Shown one piece after another: positions 17,174-26,441 of a DNA stretch of 51,163 nt (positions are counted from its first letter, which is position 1; the number at the start of each line of letters is the position of its first letter). Under the pieces are notes generated by a model. It was not told the origin of the DNA and did not search any database. It was given only the letters and a program-made list of their open reading frames with translations. The position numbers and the translations under genes are program-made. The DNA is from Thermoleophilia bacterium (GTDB lineage: Bacteria > Actinomycetota > Thermoleophilia > Gaiellales > Gaiellaceae): positions 1-51,163 of the forward strand of contig JAICGP010000001.1 of the NCBI GenBank assembly GCA_025923055.1, in the 5' to 3' direction.

Positions 17174-18246
17174 TCGACCTGCGCACGGACACCCTCACGC
17201 AGCCCACGCCGGGGATGCGCCGCGCCATCGCCGAGGCGGTGGTCGGGGACGAGCAGAAGCGCGAGGACCCGACGGTGATCGCGCTCGAGGAGCGCGGCGC
17301 CGAACTCCTCGGGCACGAGGAGGCAGTCTTCCTCCCCACGGCGACGATGGCGAACCAGATCGCCCTGCGCGTGCTCTCCGAGCCGGGCGACGAGGTCGTG
17401 GGCGACGGGCTCGCGCACATCTTCCGCTACGAGCTCGGCGGTCCCGCCGTGCACTCGGGGCTCGTGCTGAAGGCACTCGAGACGCCGGACGGGCGCTTCA
17501 CGCCGGCACAGGTGCGTGCGGCCGTGAACCCCCCGGGAGACATGCACATGGCCCCGACGCGCGTCCTCTGCGTCGAGAACACCCACAACGGAGGCGGCGG
17601 GCGCGTCTGGATGCTGGAGCAGGTGCGCGCCGTCGCTGCCGAGGGGCGCCGCCACGGGCTCGTGCTCCATCTCGACGGCGCCCGGCTGCTGAACGCGGTC
17701 GTCGCCAGCGGCACGCCGGCCGCCGCGTACGGCCGCGAGTTCGACACCGCGACGCTCTGCCTCTCCAAGGGGCTCGGCTGCCCGCTCGGGGCGCTCGTCG
17801 CCGGGTCGCGGGAGCGGATGGCGAAGGCGAGGCGCCTCAAGCACCTCTTCGGCGGGGCAATGCGCCAGGCGGGGATGGTCGCCGCCGCGGGCCTCTACGC
17901 GCTCGACCATCACGTCGAGCGGCTCGCGGACGACCACGCGAACGCGCGCCGGCTCGCGGAGGGGCTCGTCGATGCCGGCCTCCCGGTCGACCTGGCGCAG
18001 GTGGAGACGAACTTCGTCCAGCTCGACGCGGGCGCGCTCGGGCTGGACGCCGACGACGCGATCGGGCGCCTGCGCGCGCAGGGAGTCCTGCTCTCGTTTG
18101 CCGCGCGGGACGGCGTGCTGCGCGCCGTCACCCACCTCGACGTGTCGGTCGACGACGTCGACGAGGCGATCGAGCTCATCCCGCGCGCTCTCTCCGGCGC
18201 CGCGCCGACGGCCGACCTCGCCGCCGACGCGCCCACTCCTTTCTAG
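17170..18246 (+). CDS. ltaE: low-specificity L-threonine aldolase (PLP-dependent)
   Basis: GTG 17170 overlaps the MFS stop. Contains DLRTDTLTQPTPGMRRA, GDEQKREDPTV, ENTHNGGGG and the PLP-lysine context LSKGLGCPLGA. Confidence 0.85.
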   Translation: MIDLRTDTLTQPTPGMRRAIAEAVVGDEQKREDPTVIALEERGAELLGHEEAVFLPTATMANQIALRVLSEPGDEVVGDGLAHIFRYELGGPAVHSGLVLKALETPDGRFTPAQVRAAVNPPGDMHMAPTRVLCVENTHNGGGGRVWMLEQVRAVAAEGRRHGLVLHLDGARLLNAVVASGTPAAAYGREFDTATLCLSKGLGCPLGALVAGSRERMAKARRLKHLFGGAMRQAGMVAAAGLYALDHHVERLADDHANARRLAEGLVDAGLPVDLAQVETNFVQLDAGALGLDADDAIGRLRAQGVLLSFAARDGVLRAVTHLDVSVDDVDEAIELIPRALSGAAPTADLAADAPTPF

Positions 18247-18329
18247 GCCCGCCGCGGGCGGCAAAAACCGCTCCTGCCTTGCCCGCGTAGTCCTGAGCGA
18301 GGGGAAGCCGCAGTCGATCGTAGGGAGGC

Positions 18330-19775
18330 ATGATGAGAACACCTCGACCGGGCCGGCGGCTCGCGCTGCTGGCCGCCCTCGGCGCTCTCGCGCTGCCCGC
18401 GCATGCGTCGGCTCAGCCGCTGCCGACGGTCGTCGACCCGAACCTGGATGTCCGGACCGTGGCCGACGGCCTGTCGCAGCCGACAGGCCTCGCGTTCATC
18501 GGCAAGGACGACATGCTCGTGAACGAGAAGGCGACGGGCCGGGTGATGCGCGTGCGAAACGGTGTCGTCGAGGGGCCCGTCCTCGACCTCGCCGTCAACT
18601 CGAGCTCGGAGCGTGGGCTGCTCGGGATCGCGCTCCATCGCAACTTCCTGGTCAACGGGTTCGTGTACCTGTTCTGGAGCGAGACCTTGTCGGGCATGGA
18701 CTCGACCTCGGGCACCGACGTACCCTTGCTCGGGAACCGGCTCGACCGCTTCGTCTGGGACGGCTCGACGCTGACGTTCGACCGGACGCTGATCCGCTTC
18801 CGCGCCTTCCAGCAGGACGCCGGCCAGCCGGTGCGGGCCAACCACGACGGCGGCGTCGTCCGCTTCGGCCCCGACGGCAAGGTCTACGTGATCGTCGGCG
18901 ACACCGGCCGGCGCGGCCAGATGCAGAACCTCGAGTTCGGCCCGTTCGGCCCGGGGATCCCCGACGACCAGTTCGGCGGGCCGGAGCCCGACGACGCGCA
19001 CTTCACGGGCGTGATCGTGCGGCTGAACGACGACGGGTCGACGCCGACGGACAACCCGTTCTACGAGGCGGGCGCGGCGATCGGCGGCGCGGCCGGCGCC
19101 AACATCCAGAAGATCTACGCCTACGGGATCCGGAACAGCTACGGGATGAACTTCGACCCGCTCTCGAGGACGCTCTGGCACAACGAGAACGGTGACGACT
19201 CCTTCAGCGAGCTGAACCGCGTCGAGCCGGGGATGAACTCCGGCTGGGTGCAGATCATGGGGCCCTCCTCGAGGGTCGCGCAGTTCAAGGAGATCGAGAC
19301 GAGCCCGCAGTTCTTCGGCCTCCAGCAGATCCGCTGGCCGCCGACGAACATCGCCGACACGGAGGAGGAGGCGCTCTCACGCCTCTTCATGCTCCCAGGT
19401 GCGCACTTCTCGGACCCCGAGTTCGCATGGAAGTTCGAGGTCGCCCCGGCGGGGCTCGGGTTCGTCGAGGGCCGCGCGCTCGGCCCCCAGTACCACGGCG
19501 ACCTGTTCATGGGCGGCGCCCGCGACTTTCTCCTCAGCGGGCACATCTTCCGCTTCCAGGTCACCGGTAACCGGCGCAAGGTCGGCGTCGACGACCCGCG
19601 CATCGAGGACCGCGTCGCGGACAACCTCGGCAAGTTCGACGTCACGGAGAGCGAGAGCCTCGTGTGGGGCGAGAACTTCGGCCTCACCACGGACATCCTG
19701 CAGGGCCCGAACGGGAACCTGTTCGTCCTCTCGCTGACGCACGGCGCGCTCTACGAGGTCTTCCGCGCGAAGTAA
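18330..19775 (+). CDS. secreted PQQ-dependent sugar dehydrogenase-like beta-propeller (glucose/sorbosone dehydrogenase family)
   Basis: Signal peptide with RR (RPGRRLALLAALGALALPAHASA). Contains LSQPTGLAF, ERGLLGIALHRNF and NHDGGVVRFGPDGKVYV. Confidence 0.8.
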   Translation: MMRTPRPGRRLALLAALGALALPAHASAQPLPTVVDPNLDVRTVADGLSQPTGLAFIGKDDMLVNEKATGRVMRVRNGVVEGPVLDLAVNSSSERGLLGIALHRNFLVNGFVYLFWSETLSGMDSTSGTDVPLLGNRLDRFVWDGSTLTFDRTLIRFRAFQQDAGQPVRANHDGGVVRFGPDGKVYVIVGDTGRRGQMQNLEFGPFGPGIPDDQFGGPEPDDAHFTGVIVRLNDDGSTPTDNPFYEAGAAIGGAAGANIQKIYAYGIRNSYGMNFDPLSRTLWHNENGDDSFSELNRVEPGMNSGWVQIMGPSSRVAQFKEIETSPQFFGLQQIRWPPTNIADTEEEALSRLFMLPGAHFSDPEFAWKFEVAPAGLGFVEGRALGPQYHGDLFMGGARDFLLSGHIFRFQVTGNRRKVGVDDPRIEDRVADNLGKFDVTESESLVWGENFGLTTDILQGPNGNLFVLSLTHGALYEVFRAK

Positions 19776-19791
19776 GACCCCCGGCACGAGA

Positions 19792-19820
19792 GGGGGCGCG
19801 GGCCGAGCGCCCGCGCCCCC
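19792..19820. terminator. bidirectional stem-loop terminator between convergent genes
   Basis: Perfect 12-bp GC stem GGGGGCGCGGGC (19792-19803) / GCCCGCGCCCCC (19809-19820) with a 5-nt loop. It is followed by ..GCTTTCC on the plus strand and lies between the stops at 19775 and 19831. Confidence 0.65.
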
Positions 19821-19830
19821 CCGTGCTTTC

Positions 19831-22413
19831 CTACTCGTACTGGAGCGCCCGGAGGACGTTCAGCTTCGCGGCACGACGGGCGGGCATGATCGCGGCGAGG
19901 ATGCCCACGATCACCGCGATGACGGCGAAGAACACGAGCTGTCCCCACGGGACCGAGAAGCGGACGTCGAACTCCTGGAGGGCCCGCGTGACGAGCGCGG
20001 CCAGGAAGACGCCGAGCGGGAGCCCGAGCGCCGCCCCGATCAGAGCCGTGATGACGCTCTCGTGGCGCACCATGCGGCGGGCCTGGCGGCGCGTCATGCC
20101 GACCGCGCGCAGCATCCCGAGCTCGCGCGTCCGCTCGTAGACGGACAGGACGAGCGTGTTCACCATCCCGAAGATGCTCACGATCACCGAGAGGGCGAGG
20201 AGGACGTAGAGCATCGTGAGGAACTGGTTGAAGTCCTCGTCCTGCTGGTTGATCCACGCCTCGCGCGTCTGGACCTTCGCGTCCGGGAAGTTGGCGACGG
20301 CCTCCGTGAGCGCCGCCGTGGTGGCGCCCGAGGGACCGCCGGCGACGTTGACGAAGGTGAACTGGTTCCGCGGCCGCTCGAAGGCGGAGTCGAATCGCTC
20401 CTTCGTGACCGAGACGCCTCCGAGGAGGGGATAGAAGGGGGGCGGCTCGTAGAGGCCCATGACCTCCTGCTCGAGCGTCTGGCCGGAGGGCGTGAGGACC
20501 CGGATCGTGTCGCCGACGGCGATGTCGTGATCCTCCGCGAAGTTCGCGTCCACGATGGCTCCGTCGTCGCCGAGCCCCGACGCCACCGAGTCGTTGCCCT
20601 CCTTCCAGTCGAAGCGATAGGTCTCGAGGATCGTGTCCGGCTCGATACCGGTCAGGTACGTCTCGGCGTCGCCGACCCGAGCGAGGTCGGAGCGAACGTT
20701 TGCAACGAGCTCGGCCTGCGGAGCCTCTGCGACGGAGTCTCCCGCCGCGGCCACGAACGGCGTGAAGCCGTCCTGCGCCGTCACGACGTAGTCGGCGATC
20801 ACCTGGTCCTCGATCGCCTCGCGGTTCGACGCCTTCATTCCGTTCGCGAGCACGGCCACGAAGGTGACGAGCGCGATCCCGATCATCAGCGCCGCGGCGG
20901 TGGCGGCAGTCCGCCCCGGGTTCCGCACGGAGTTCCCGCGCGCGAGCTTCCCGGCCGCGCCGCCGATCGCCCTTGCCGGCCAGCCGACGACGGCGGCGAG
21001 CGGGCGGACGAGGTGCGACGAGATCATCGCCACGCCGACGAAGAGCAGGACGACGCCGCCGGCGATCGAGAGCAGCCGCGAGGCCGTGTCCAGCTCGTCC
21101 CTGAACATGGAATACCCGAGCAGGAAGAGCGACAGCGCCATGGTCAGCACCGCGATGTACGGCGTGAACCGATGCAGGCGGCCGGGCGGAAGGGTGAACC
21201 CCTCGCGGACGGCCGCGATCGGCGGCACGCGCGTCGCCCTGATCGCCGGGAAGAGGCCCGCGACGAGGGTGATGATCGTGCCGACGAGCAGCGAGACGAC
21301 GATCGTCCGCGTGGCGAAGACCGTCTCCGCGGTGGGGAGGTCGAGCTCGAGTGCCTTGAAGAGCTCGTTGAGCCCGATCGCCAGGCCGAGACCTGCGAAG
21401 AGCCCGATGATCGACGCGAGGATGCCGATCGTGAGCGCCTCGACGATCACCGACCAGAGAACCTGGCGGCGGGAAGCGCCGACGGTGCGCATCGTGGCGA
21501 ACTCGCGCGTCCGCTGCGCCACGGTGATCGACAGGGTGTTGAAGATGACGAACGCGCCCACGAAGAGGGCGATCCCCGCGAAGGCGAGCAGGAAGTACTC
21601 GATGAAGCTGGTGAACTCGCTGATCTCCTCCTTGTCGTCCTGCGCCTCCGCGGTGGCGAGCCGCACCTGGGCGTCGTCGGGGAGGACGGGCTGGATCTCG
21701 GAGACCAGCTGCTCGGGCGTCGTGCCGTCGGCGCCGGCGACCGAGATCGTGTCCACCTGGCCCTCGCGGTCGAGGAGCTCCTGCGCTGCCGCCAGGTCGA
21801 AGATGGCGAAAGTCGCCGTCCCGAGCGAGTTGACGTCGCCGATCTTGGCGATGCCGACCACCTCGAAGTCCTGCTTCGGCCGGAGCGTCGAGATGGCGAC
21901 GGTGTCTCCGACCTGGTAGCCCTCGCGATCGGCCACGCCGGCGTCGAGGACGACCTCGCCGTCGCCCTCGGCCCACGTCCCCTCGACGAGGTTGAAGGCG
22001 TTGAAGCGCGAGAAGTCCGGGTGGGTGGCATCGACGCCGAACCCGAAGCTCGGCGCCCCCTGCGTGTTGAGCGCCTTCCCGTCCGAGCCGATGATCTTCG
22101 TGCTCGACTCGTCCGTGATCGCGCCGGCAGCCGCTTCGACGTTCGGCAATGCGGCCACCTCGTCGACGAGCCCCTCGTCGACGGACGGTGCCGCGGCGCT
22201 GGTTCCCTGGAAGCTGATGTCGGCGCCCTTGCCCGAGACGACGACGTCGGTCCCGGCGTAGGACTCGTCGAAGATCTGCGAGAAGGCCTTGTCGATCGTG
22301 TCCGTGAGGACGTAGGTGCCGCTCATCATCGCGACGCCGAGGATGATCGCGAGCGCGGTGAGAGTGGCCCGGAGCTTACGGCCTCCGAGCCCGCGCAGGG
22401 CGACGCGGATCAA
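19831..22413 (-). CDS. ABC transporter permease, double FtsX-domain (MacB-like)
   Basis: 860 aa with two 4-TM FtsX-type blocks separated by large extracytoplasmic domains. TTGA overlap with the upstream ATPase gene. Confidence 0.9.
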   Translation of the reverse strand: MIRVALRGLGGRKLRATLTALAIILGVAMMSGTYVLTDTIDKAFSQIFDESYAGTDVVVSGKGADISFQGTSAAAPSVDEGLVDEVAALPNVEAAAGAITDESSTKIIGSDGKALNTQGAPSFGFGVDATHPDFSRFNAFNLVEGTWAEGDGEVVLDAGVADREGYQVGDTVAISTLRPKQDFEVVGIAKIGDVNSLGTATFAIFDLAAAQELLDREGQVDTISVAGADGTTPEQLVSEIQPVLPDDAQVRLATAEAQDDKEEISEFTSFIEYFLLAFAGIALFVGAFVIFNTLSITVAQRTREFATMRTVGASRRQVLWSVIVEALTIGILASIIGLFAGLGLAIGLNELFKALELDLPTAETVFATRTIVVSLLVGTIITLVAGLFPAIRATRVPPIAAVREGFTLPPGRLHRFTPYIAVLTMALSLFLLGYSMFRDELDTASRLLSIAGGVVLLFVGVAMISSHLVRPLAAVVGWPARAIGGAAGKLARGNSVRNPGRTAATAAALMIGIALVTFVAVLANGMKASNREAIEDQVIADYVVTAQDGFTPFVAAAGDSVAEAPQAELVANVRSDLARVGDAETYLTGIEPDTILETYRFDWKEGNDSVASGLGDDGAIVDANFAEDHDIAVGDTIRVLTPSGQTLEQEVMGLYEPPPFYPLLGGVSVTKERFDSAFERPRNQFTFVNVAGGPSGATTAALTEAVANFPDAKVQTREAWINQQDEDFNQFLTMLYVLLALSVIVSIFGMVNTLVLSVYERTRELGMLRAVGMTRRQARRMVRHESVITALIGAALGLPLGVFLAALVTRALQEFDVRFSVPWGQLVFFAVIAVIVGILAAIMPARRAAKLNVLRALQYE

Positions 22414-23168
22414 AGGTGGCTCACCTCTTCCATGGTGGTGACGATCTCGTGCGCGTCCGCCTTGGCGACCTCGCGGACGATGAGCCCGTCGGCGAGGAAG
22501 AGCGTCCGGTCGGAGAACGAGCAGGCGTTCGGGTCGTGCGTGACCATGACGATCGTCTGGCCGAGCGTGGAGACGGACTCGCGCAGGAGGTCGAGAATCT
22601 CGGCCCCGGTCGTCGAGTCGAGGTTCCCGGTCGGCTCGTCCGCGAAGACGACCGTGGGCCGGGAGACGAGCGCCCGTGCGATCGCGACGCGCTGCTGCTG
22701 GCCGCCCGAGAGCTCGGCCGGCCGGTGCTTGCGGCGGTCGCCGAGGCCGACGCGCTCGATCACCTCGTCCGTCCAGGCCTTGTCGTTCTTGCCGCCGGCG
22801 AGGTCGAGCGGGAGGCGGATGTTCTCCTCCGCCGTGAGCATGGGGAGCAGGTTGAAGAACTGGAAGACGAAGCCGATGTGGCGGCGGCGGAGCTTCGTCA
22901 GCTCCGTGTCGCCGAGCCTCGCGATGGGCGTGCCGTCGATCGTGACCTCGCCCTCGGTCGGGCGGTCGAGCCCGGCGAGGATGTGCATGAGCGTGGACTT
23001 GCCGGAGCCCGACGGGCCCATGATCCCCGTCAGCTTGCCGCGCTGGATCTCGAGGTCGATGCCGCGAAGGGCGTGGACGGCCGTTTCGCCCGCGCCGTAG
23101 ACGCGGGTCACGTCGTTCGCGGTGACGACGGCGCCGTTCGTGCTCTGAGCCTGCGGTTCGGTCTGCAT
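22410..23168 (-). CDS. ABC transporter ATP-binding protein (MacB/LolD-like)
   Basis: Walker A GPSGSGKST, Q-loop, signature LSGGQQQRVAIARAL, Walker B VVFADEPTGNLD. ATG 23168 is preferred because GGAGG lies upstream; the track start GTG 23219 is possible. Confidence 0.92.
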   Translation of the reverse strand: MQTEPQAQSTNGAVVTANDVTRVYGAGETAVHALRGIDLEIQRGKLTGIMGPSGSGKSTLMHILAGLDRPTEGEVTIDGTPIARLGDTELTKLRRRHIGFVFQFFNLLPMLTAEENIRLPLDLAGGKNDKAWTDEVIERVGLGDRRKHRPAELSGGQQQRVAIARALVSRPTVVFADEPTGNLDSTTGAEILDLLRESVSTLGQTIVMVTHDPNACSFSDRTLFLADGLIVREVAKADAHEIVTTMEEVSHL

Positions 23169-23266
23169 GCTGGCCAACTTAGTCGAACCTCCGTTGGTGG
23201 TCGAGCCCGATCGTGTCACCGGCCTCGCAGAGCCACAAGGCGGAAAGCGCGACCCGTAACGTGCGG

Positions 23267-24319
23267 TTAACCGAACTCCGGCCGGTCGCCGACCAGGTAG
23301 AACGCGACCGCGACGGCGACGTAGGCGCCGATCAGGAGGAGCCCGCGCCCCCGGCTCGACCGGCCGCCCCAGAGCAGGATCGAGGTGAACACGAGCGCGC
23401 CCCCGACAGCGGCCAGCTCGACCGGCCGGAAGGAGAGCGCGAGCGGCTCGATCGCCCAGGAGAGGAGTGCGACGGCGGGGATGAGGAAGACCGCAACCTG
23501 CGCGCTGGAGGCGAGCGCGATCTCGGCGGCGAGCTTGATGTTCCCGCCGTAGGCGACCACGACCGCGCCGCCGTGCTCGGCGGCGTTGCCGACGATCGCG
23601 ACGATGACGGCGGCGACGAAGAACTCCGTGAGCCCGAGCTCCTCGGCGAAGACCTCGAGCGAGTGGACCAGCGTCTCCGCGACGAAGGCGGTGACGACGG
23701 TCGCCGCGGACAGCACGGCGAGCGACACCGGGAGCGACCAGCCGGCCATCCCGGCCGGCTCGTCGGAGACGTGCAGGCGGTGGTGGCGGCGAAGCGCGAT
23801 CCAGGTGACCACGACGTAAGCGATCAGCAGGACGATCGAGACCGGGACAGAGAGGACCGCGAGCGAGTGGCGGTCGGGATCGCCCTCGAAGCCGGGAATC
23901 GCCGGGATGAGAAAGAGCAGCAGGGCGAAGCCGATCAGCGCGAACGACGTCAGGCTCGACTCACGGTCGAGCCGGCCGCTGCCGCCGAAGAGGAGCGAGA
24001 ACCCGAGCACGAGCAGGAGGTTGCCGATCACGCTTCCGGTGAGCGAGCCGCGCACGACCTCGGTGAGGCCCGTGTTGACCGCGATCAGCGCGATGATCAG
24101 CTCCGGCGCGTTGCCGAACGTCGCGTTCAGGAAGCCGCCGATTCCAGGCCCGGTGTGATGCGCGGCGTGCTCTGTCGCCTCCCCGATCAGCCACGCGAGC
24201 GGGATCAGCGCGAGCGAGGCGAGCGCGAACAGCGTGATGTCGCCCGTGCCCGTGAACCTGTCGACCAGAACCGTGACCGGGCCCAGCGCGAGCAGGCCGA
24301 ACAGGATTTTGCGAACCAC
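23267..24319 (-). CDS. Ca2+/H+ antiporter (CaCA family, ChaA/CAX-like)
   Basis: 350 aa, about 11 TM. The two alpha-repeats are GNAPELIIA and GNAAEHGGA. Confidence 0.85.
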   Translation of the reverse strand: MVRKILFGLLALGPVTVLVDRFTGTGDITLFALASLALIPLAWLIGEATEHAAHHTGPGIGGFLNATFGNAPELIIALIAVNTGLTEVVRGSLTGSVIGNLLLVLGFSLLFGGSGRLDRESSLTSFALIGFALLLFLIPAIPGFEGDPDRHSLAVLSVPVSIVLLIAYVVVTWIALRRHHRLHVSDEPAGMAGWSLPVSLAVLSAATVVTAFVAETLVHSLEVFAEELGLTEFFVAAVIVAIVGNAAEHGGAVVVAYGGNIKLAAEIALASSAQVAVFLIPAVALLSWAIEPLALSFRPVELAAVGGALVFTSILLWGGRSSRGRGLLLIGAYVAVAVAFYLVGDRPEFG

Positions 24320-24339
24320 GGCCGGGGCACCCTACTCTC

Positions 24340-25071
24340 TTGCCGGTGACGCGCGCGGTTCTCTTCGACTGGGGGGATACCCTCTTCCACTTCGCCTACG
24401 ACGAGGCCCTGCTCGAGGCCGGCTGGGAGGCCGGCCTGGCCGCGGTGGGGCGCCGCGAGCTGCCCGCGCACGCCGAGACGGCGGAGCGCTTCCGCGAGCG
24501 CTACCTGCCGCTCCTGTTCGTGCCCGGGGCGCTGGACGAGGTCGAGTATCCGGGCATGATCCGTGAGCTCCTGGCCGGCTTCGGCGTCGAGCTCGACGAG
24601 GAGGAGCTCGACCGCTTCCTCGCCGCCGAGCACGCCGCGTGGGAGCCGGCCCGCCTGCTCGGCGCCCAGACGCACGCGCTCCTCGACTCCCTCCGCGAGC
24701 GGGGGCTTGCCACCGGGCTCGTCTCGAACGCGTTCGACCCCGGCTGGCTCCTGCACCAGGACCTCGAGCGCATGGGGCTCGCGGAGCGGCTCGACGCCGC
24801 GGTCTTCTCCTCCGAGGTCGGCAAGCGCAAGCCGCACCCGGCGCTCTTCGAGGCGGCGCTCGACCGCCTGGACGTGGGCGCGGAGGACGCCGTCTTCGTC
24901 GGCGACCGCCGCTTCGAGGACGTTCGCGGAGCGAAGGAGGTCGGCATGACCACGGTGCAGGCGCTCTGGTTCCGTGCCGACGACGACGAGCGCGGGATCG
25001 ATCCCGACTTCGAGGCGTTCACGCCGATGGACGTCCTCAACGTCGTCCGGCGGCTCACGGGCGAGCTGTAG
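24340..25071 (+). CDS. HAD-superfamily hydrolase
   Basis: Motif I LFDWGDTL, motif II VSNA, motif III/IV GKRKPHP...VFVGDRRFEDVRGA. The start is TTG 24340 or GTG 24346. Confidence 0.85.
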   Translation: MPVTRAVLFDWGDTLFHFAYDEALLEAGWEAGLAAVGRRELPAHAETAERFRERYLPLLFVPGALDEVEYPGMIRELLAGFGVELDEEELDRFLAAEHAAWEPARLLGAQTHALLDSLRERGLATGLVSNAFDPGWLLHQDLERMGLAERLDAAVFSSEVGKRKPHPALFEAALDRLDVGAEDAVFVGDRRFEDVRGAKEVGMTTVQALWFRADDDERGIDPDFEAFTPMDVLNVVRRLTGEL

Positions 25072-25169
25072 CCGCGCGTCCGCCGCCTACACCGCCCGGC
25101 GGGGGCTGTCAAGTCTTGCGGCGCCGCCGGAGGCCGTCAACAATTCGGAGACAGCCCGTGCGGCGCACC

Positions 25170-25571
25170 ATGTTCACCGGGACCGAGTTACCGCTCCGGC
25201 CTCAGGAGGAGACCGAGTGCCGGCGGTGCGAGGTGCACTGCGACAAGGTGGTCTACCCGTCGGCCTGCCTGGAGCGCTCGTGTCCGTTCCTCTACGCCTA
25301 CGAGGAATGGGGGCGGACCTACGTCGGCTGCATGCAGAAGGTCTACAGCGTCGAGATCGATCTCGAGATCCTGGCCGAGGCGCGCGGGCGCAAGGGCGGG
25401 TTCGGCGCCGTACGCGCCGTCCGCCAGCCGCTGCCGATGTGCCGGGCCGCCGTCTCGAGCTGCTACGAGCACCGGGCTGACGAGATCGGCTGCGTCAATC
25501 CCGAGTTCTTCGAGCTCCCCCACGGGACGCCGTCCTTCCGGGTCGTCGGCGGGCGCGACCCGGCTTCGTAG
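25170..25571 (+). CDS. Cys-rich hypothetical protein (133 aa)
   Basis: ATG 25170 lies within a longer track ORF and GC3 becomes high only from here. There are nine Cys, including CRRCEVHC and CLERSC. No family recognised. Confidence 0.55.
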   Translation: MFTGTELPLRPQEETECRRCEVHCDKVVYPSACLERSCPFLYAYEEWGRTYVGCMQKVYSVEIDLEILAEARGRKGGFGAVRAVRQPLPMCRAAVSSCYEHRADEIGCVNPEFFELPHGTPSFRVVGGRDPAS

Positions 25572-26424
25572 CAGCCCTCGCGCGGGCGTGGAGCTCGCGC
25601 AGCCGGGTGACCTCGGCCGCGTCCGGCCCGTGGTTGTCGGGACCGGGCGTCTCCAGGATCATCGGCAGCCCCTGGAGCCGGGGGTGCGCCACGAAGACGC
25701 CGAGGCCGTCGCCCATGACGCCGGAGCCCATGTTCGCGTGGCGGTCGCGGTTCGAGCCGAGCGGCGCGGCCGCGTCGTTCACGTGCACGCAGCGCAGCCG
25801 GTCGAGGCCGACGCGGTCGTCGACCTCGGCCACGGCCGCATCGAGTGCGCCGCGGTCCGTCACGTCCACCCCGGAGACCCACAGATGGCAGGAGTCGAGG
25901 CAGATCCCGAGCCGCGGATGGCCCTCCAGGCGGTCGACGAGCACGGCGAGCTCCTCCACCGAGCGCCCGATCGTGCCTCCGGCCCCCGCCGAGTTCTCGA
26001 GCAGGAGCCGGGCCTGCCCGCCCGACTCGCACGCGGCGAGCGCCTCCTGGAGGGCCGGCACGGCGCGCGCGAGCCCGGCCTCGAGCCCGGCGCCGAGGTG
26101 TGAGCCGACGTGGAGCACGACGTCCGCCTCGATCGCGCACGCCACGCCGACGGTGTGAAGGAGCGAGGCGCGCGACTTCTCCCAGACCGTCTCGTCCGTC
26201 GTCGCGAGGTTGATCAGGTAGAGCGCGTGGCAGGCCGCGTAGGCGATTCCCTCCTCGGCCCGGCGCTCCCTGAAGCGCTCCAGGTTCTCGGGCGGGTGGT
26301 TCGTCGGCCGCCAGGCGCGCGGGCTCTGCGTGAAGACCTGGACGGCCTCGGCGCCGCGCTCCACCGCCCGGTCGATCGCCGTGTGGATCCCGCCGCTGGT
26401 CGACACGTGGGCGCCCGCGAGCAC
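25495..26424 (-). CDS. nfo: deoxyribonuclease IV (endonuclease IV)
   Basis: GAHVSTSGG N-terminus, HALYLINLA, VLHVGSH, CLDSCH, HVNDA and LETP motifs of the AP endonuclease 2 family. It has an Arg-rich C-terminal tail. Confidence 0.9.
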   Translation of the reverse strand: MLAGAHVSTSGGIHTAIDRAVERGAEAVQVFTQSPRAWRPTNHPPENLERFRERRAEEGIAYAACHALYLINLATTDETVWEKSRASLLHTVGVACAIEADVVLHVGSHLGAGLEAGLARAVPALQEALAACESGGQARLLLENSAGAGGTIGRSVEELAVLVDRLEGHPRLGICLDSCHLWVSGVDVTDRGALDAAVAEVDDRVGLDRLRCVHVNDAAAPLGSNRDRHANMGSGVMGDGLGVFVAHPRLQGLPMILETPGPDNHGPDAAEVTRLRELHARARAATKPGRARRRPGRTASRGGARRTRD

Positions 26425-26441
26425 CGCACTACGATAACCGG

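Noticed and set aside
18247-18270. Hairpin GCCCGC-C-GCGGGC followed by AAAAA after ltaE, considered as a terminator.
   Set aside because: The stem leaves essentially no loop. The A-run would be a U-tract only for the minus strand, where no gene ends. This is too weak to call.
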